Source of the DNA: Raillietiella orientalis | Taxonomy: Eukaryota | Direction of reading: 5' to 3' | DNA: 64,000 nucleotides | Assembly (NCBI GenBank): GCA_036172245.1 | Contig: JAYWIR010000035.1 | Location: forward strand, 1,860,001-1,924,000 | Shown here: in pieces, positions 60,151-64,000 of the stretch | Layout: each line of letters starts with the position of its first letter | Position numbering within the stretch: the stretch's first letter is position 1 | Notes under the pieces: generated by a model | Database searches by the model: none | What the model saw: only the letters and a program-made list of their open reading frames with translations | Told to the model about the DNA's origin: nothing | Position numbers and translations under genes: made by a program

Positions 60151-62599
60151 ATCATAGCTTCGCTTCTTCGATAATCTGCAGCATTGAAAACGATCTTTTT
60201 TTTAAACATAACTGAACCTTGGAGACAACTGAATTGTTACTGGTGACCACATCAGGAAGAACATCAGAAGTGCACACGTTAGGCAAACGGAGAAGGATTG
60301 TGCGAAAGATTCTTAGAGCGCTTCATTATGGTTAACGAACTTCCTATGTATTTCGATTAGCTTGGCCTTTGGAAGGCGCTGCTGTCCAGATAAAGCTTCG
60401 AATAGGTTCAGAAGTTCCAGATTTGCAGACGCTGCGAGCGAGCAGCCAGGGACTATAGGAATTCTTTCGAACCCCTAAACGCGAGCATGCGAGGCTTAGC
60501 CTTGCAGTTTTTACACCTATTAGTTTGCTCTTTATTCTGCAGCTTGCCCTACGGTTATGTTCGATTTCAGCCGCAACATCGGATCTTTGCATCCCCGAGC
60601 ATGAAGCATCTCGTTTCGCGTCACCTCTTGCGGTCATCGTGTGGCACGCAAAACCACTTATCCTGTCTTTTGACTCCAGGTAAAGGCACAGCGGATAGGT
60701 ACGCGACTCCCCATTGCTGGGGCAGATGTCAAAATGACATGAATGGTCTTCACTGTGCCGTGCGTTAGGGCGGACGTGGAACAGGAGTCACAGGCGCGCC
60801 ACACAATTCCTGGCATATCACGTCTTTACGGCATAACGAGCTTCAAATTCCTTCTCTTGTAATGGGTGTTTCCGGGATGGTTGAGGAACGCGTAGTTTCC
60901 CCCCAGATGAAGATGATGACGACGGTGAATCATACGACAGACTTGTGCGGGATCTGTTCTGCTCCCCAAGAACCGTTGCTGCCGTCATTTCACTCCATCA
61001 GTTCGGATGACTCGTCTGCGTCGGAGACCATCCATTGTTCTCGGGCAGGTCGTCACGGATCCGCTGATTTTTTTCTCTCGGAGCATTTCTTTCACGGGAC
61101 TTTCCCGAAAGAAACGGGAACGAATGCAAATCGGGCACGGTGAAATCAAATCTGAACTCCAGTGAAAACTTCCTGCACACCGCTGTTGAAGGGTTCTTTT
61201 TTTTTTTTTTTTCGGTGTGTTTCTTGTGACAGTTCCTTAAGAAGTTTTGCTTCTTCATCTTTTCAAACCTTTCGCTTGGACGCTTCCTTCCCGGAAGTCG
61301 AACAGGTCGTGAAGCGTCGAATCCATTGCAAATCAGTCACACTCCTTGGAGTCGGTCCTTGGGGGAGAAACCAAAGAGTTCTCCAGCCGAACGGAGTGCG
61401 GCTGCGTGCGGTCAGCCGGATTCGTAATCTCTAGGGTCGAATCTCGCACGTCCTGCGCCTCCCAGTCTGCTTCGAAGAGGAGGGAGGCGTCCTCTTCGCA
61501 CCAATGAATTCAACGAACGTTTGGTAACGAACGGAACGCTCACATCCAGAAAACATTTAGAGGCGAAAGCGAGTGGCAACTAGAAGGCAAAACATTCGGC
61601 AAAACGGAAAAGTTTCGCGAAAAAACTCTTTCCATCCGTCATTAAAGCAGGGCGACCGAACCGGACGAGAAAATTGCATCTCTCTGTAAAGGAGGAATGC
61701 AAGCTGGCTGAGGAAGCCAAGTTGCGCTTTTTCTTGCTCGCCTGCCGGCGCCGGGGATCGTCTCGGAGCATCGTAAACTGGGAAGGAGACGTCATCCTGA
61801 ACGGCGTGCCAGTCGCCCGATTGCCGATCTTTCTCTGAAAATCCCATCCAGAGATCGTCCCAGGATGCACTCGCGTTTTCATTTGACCTCACTGCTTAAT
61901 CGAGCAAGAAAAGATTTCTCTACGCCAGGGTGAAGTCGATGTGTGCATTACATGGATGCCAGATCGTGCCAGTCCACTTCTAGTTCTGGAAGGGATTGGG
62001 ACGCTTTGATTCGTCCGCTCAGCAGTATTTTAGAGCGATTGCTTTCGGAAGCTGCTCCTCCACGAATCCCGGTTTCGTCCGAGTTTGCGAAACACTTTGT
62101 GTGTCATTCTACGCAGAGGTTGGGCCCTGCGTGCGGTTGTTATCCAACTGCATCACGAATACAAGTGATCGGCGAGCTGCAAGCACCTTCCCTGATTTCC
62201 CGCGGCATGGGAAAGCATAAAGGTTCTTTCTCTGGAATGAAATTAGGGATTATACTTTACCCTTTGATGGTCGCATCATCCATTGTGACACGTGAAGTTC
62301 GGTGTGCTCGGATTCCGAGAAAACACAACGCATTGAAGCTTGACCCAGAGTTGCCGATCGCAATCTCCAAGTGAAGCTGCTATGGACCACATAACTGAAT
62401 CTACGTTCTTCTAAGTGAGAACTTGATGAAGGAAGCAGTTTGTTGCTACTAAATCATGGTCGAGTTTTTTTTTTTTTTTTTAAGTTGTGTTGCCTGGAAC
62501 AACAAAACTTGGCCGCCTGTGCCTTATTGGATGCTCAGACACACGAGTACGCACACACTCACACAAAGCACATTTCAGTCTTGCAATCGTAAAACTGGA

Positions 62600-64000
62600 A
62601 ACGCAAAGGAGGTACACTGGAACCCGAAGAGTGTGTAAGGACTTACGAGGGAGAAACCGATTAGAGGGGAAGCAAGTCGGAGGAAAAGACAGCAAAAATA
62701 AACCCCACGGGAGTCGGTAGGAAGTGAGCCAACGCAACATTAAGACCTTCGGAAAGTCTGCGCCTTGACATTCTTTCAACACTCCTTCACAAAGCTGTGG
62801 CGAGTGGCCTACAGCTGTGCGAGAGTCCCTGTGTTGTTCCAGAACATTCGACTTAGATACCCGTTGCGCTGTTTCTCCTTACCAACGATGTTTTAATGTG
62901 CAAAAGGATGAGAGACTCGATAGGTGCCAGAAAGTTCGCATCAATCCAAAACCACTGCACTGCCTTCTTTAGAGCAGCACGCCATTTTTGTCTGGAACCA
63001 CGGACGGACAGATTCCTTCAACACCGCATAGGATGATTCAGGAAGGATGACGCATTCTGAAGACGAGTGGCAAAGAAATCACGGAAAGGGTGCCAACAAC
63101 GCGAAACTCCAGTGAATTTCAAAAGCATCATAAAAATCGGACGGATTTTTTTTTTTGAAAAGAATTGAATAATCGGTCATCAAAGGTAGGAGGACACCAC
63201 GATTCTTGTTGTCGACAAGTACTGTCGTGCAAAGTTTTCGTTGAAGTTCATTTCGTAGAGAAGCTAAATGCTGATTTTTCGTGTAATCCATAAGCCTTCG
63301 TTCTGAAATACACGGAGAACTTCAATGGTGTAAATCGAGTTCGGATATGGACGAAACGCGAAGTTTCGATGCAAAATTCCTTCACTAAATGGTCCTGGAT
63401 TGAGATGCCCTCATGAGATGGGAACAATACGGTAGAATGTTTTGAATCGTTACAAGCAGTCGTATAATGGGTGAACATAGGCGCCATGCAGGCCAACGTT
63501 ACAATTTCGGCACGAACCGATGAATACACAATTGGGCGAGTTGTTTTGCTTTACTGGTAACCGCCGACTTTGCGTGAATGAGACTTGAGAGTGAGTTATC
63601 GAATCCCTTTCTCGCGATTTGGAGACCTTCAACGAGCATGAAATTTCAACGAGCACCGCTACGTCTTGCACTAGATATAACCAACGGGCGCACGTGATTC
63701 GCACGAACGAAGGCATGGGAGCGTGTGCCAAAGGGTGCACGTCCCACATCCCACATCGGAATTGAAATCAATGAGCCGGCAGTCAGTGTGGATTTGACTG
63801 TGGTCACTATCAATCGCGTTCCTGCAGTGGTCTTTTCGAAAGGCAAGCCGCAAATTAACCAGCACGGAGTAAAGACTTTCTTGGCACCAGCGAACAATAA
63901 CTCTGATATCGTAACGCTTTCTCTTTTTTTATTCTTCCCATCGACTTTCATCAGAGCAGCCTGGAGCCGCATCCATCTAACACGGATAACGGGCAGGAGG
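62600..64000 (-). mobile_element. Decayed RTE-like LINE reverse transcriptase remnant, running off the window edge
   Basis: Minus-strand LVNLRLAF (fvDlxKAFD-like), PVKQNNSPNCVF (GVKQG..LSP.LF-like) and VILPESSYA (viRP.lLYa-like), colinear, in an AT-richer region. Confidence 0.4.

Noticed and set aside
1..64000. CRISPR array, operon, prophage, intact transposase or integrase, rRNA
   Set aside because: No regularly spaced repeats, no prokaryotic gene density, and no intact TE ORF or rRNA sequence seen; the window is intron-containing eukaryotic DNA.

Overview
GC-rich, CpG-rich metazoan genomic DNA with spliceosomal GT-AG introns; probably an arthropod, which is an inference from the Girdin motifs and the tRNA-iMet variant. 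Most six-frame ORFs are GC-content artefacts. Well-supported features: (1) a complete 15-exon Girdin/Daple (CCDC88, HOOK family) gene on + at 33995-57271, about 1160 aa and ending VWYEYGCV; (2) a spliced + strand gene at 7496-14295 (N-terminus unresolved) for a single-pass membrane protein with a duplicated Cys/Pro extracellular motif and a PPxY-containing tail; (3) an intact initiator tRNA-Met at 31170-31241; (4) a tRNA-derived SINE-like head in Girdin intron 3. Several highly decayed LINE remnants and low-complexity tracts are also present. The best unexplained signals are a 119-bp AT-rich, two-hairpin island bounded by CAGGT repeats (23826-23949), a perfect 24-bp direct repeat in Girdin intron 3, ultra-short introns (41-47 nt) and a possible antisense spliced transcript. 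I see no evidence of a prokaryote-type system such as CRISPR or a defence island, and I cannot claim a novel system with confidence.
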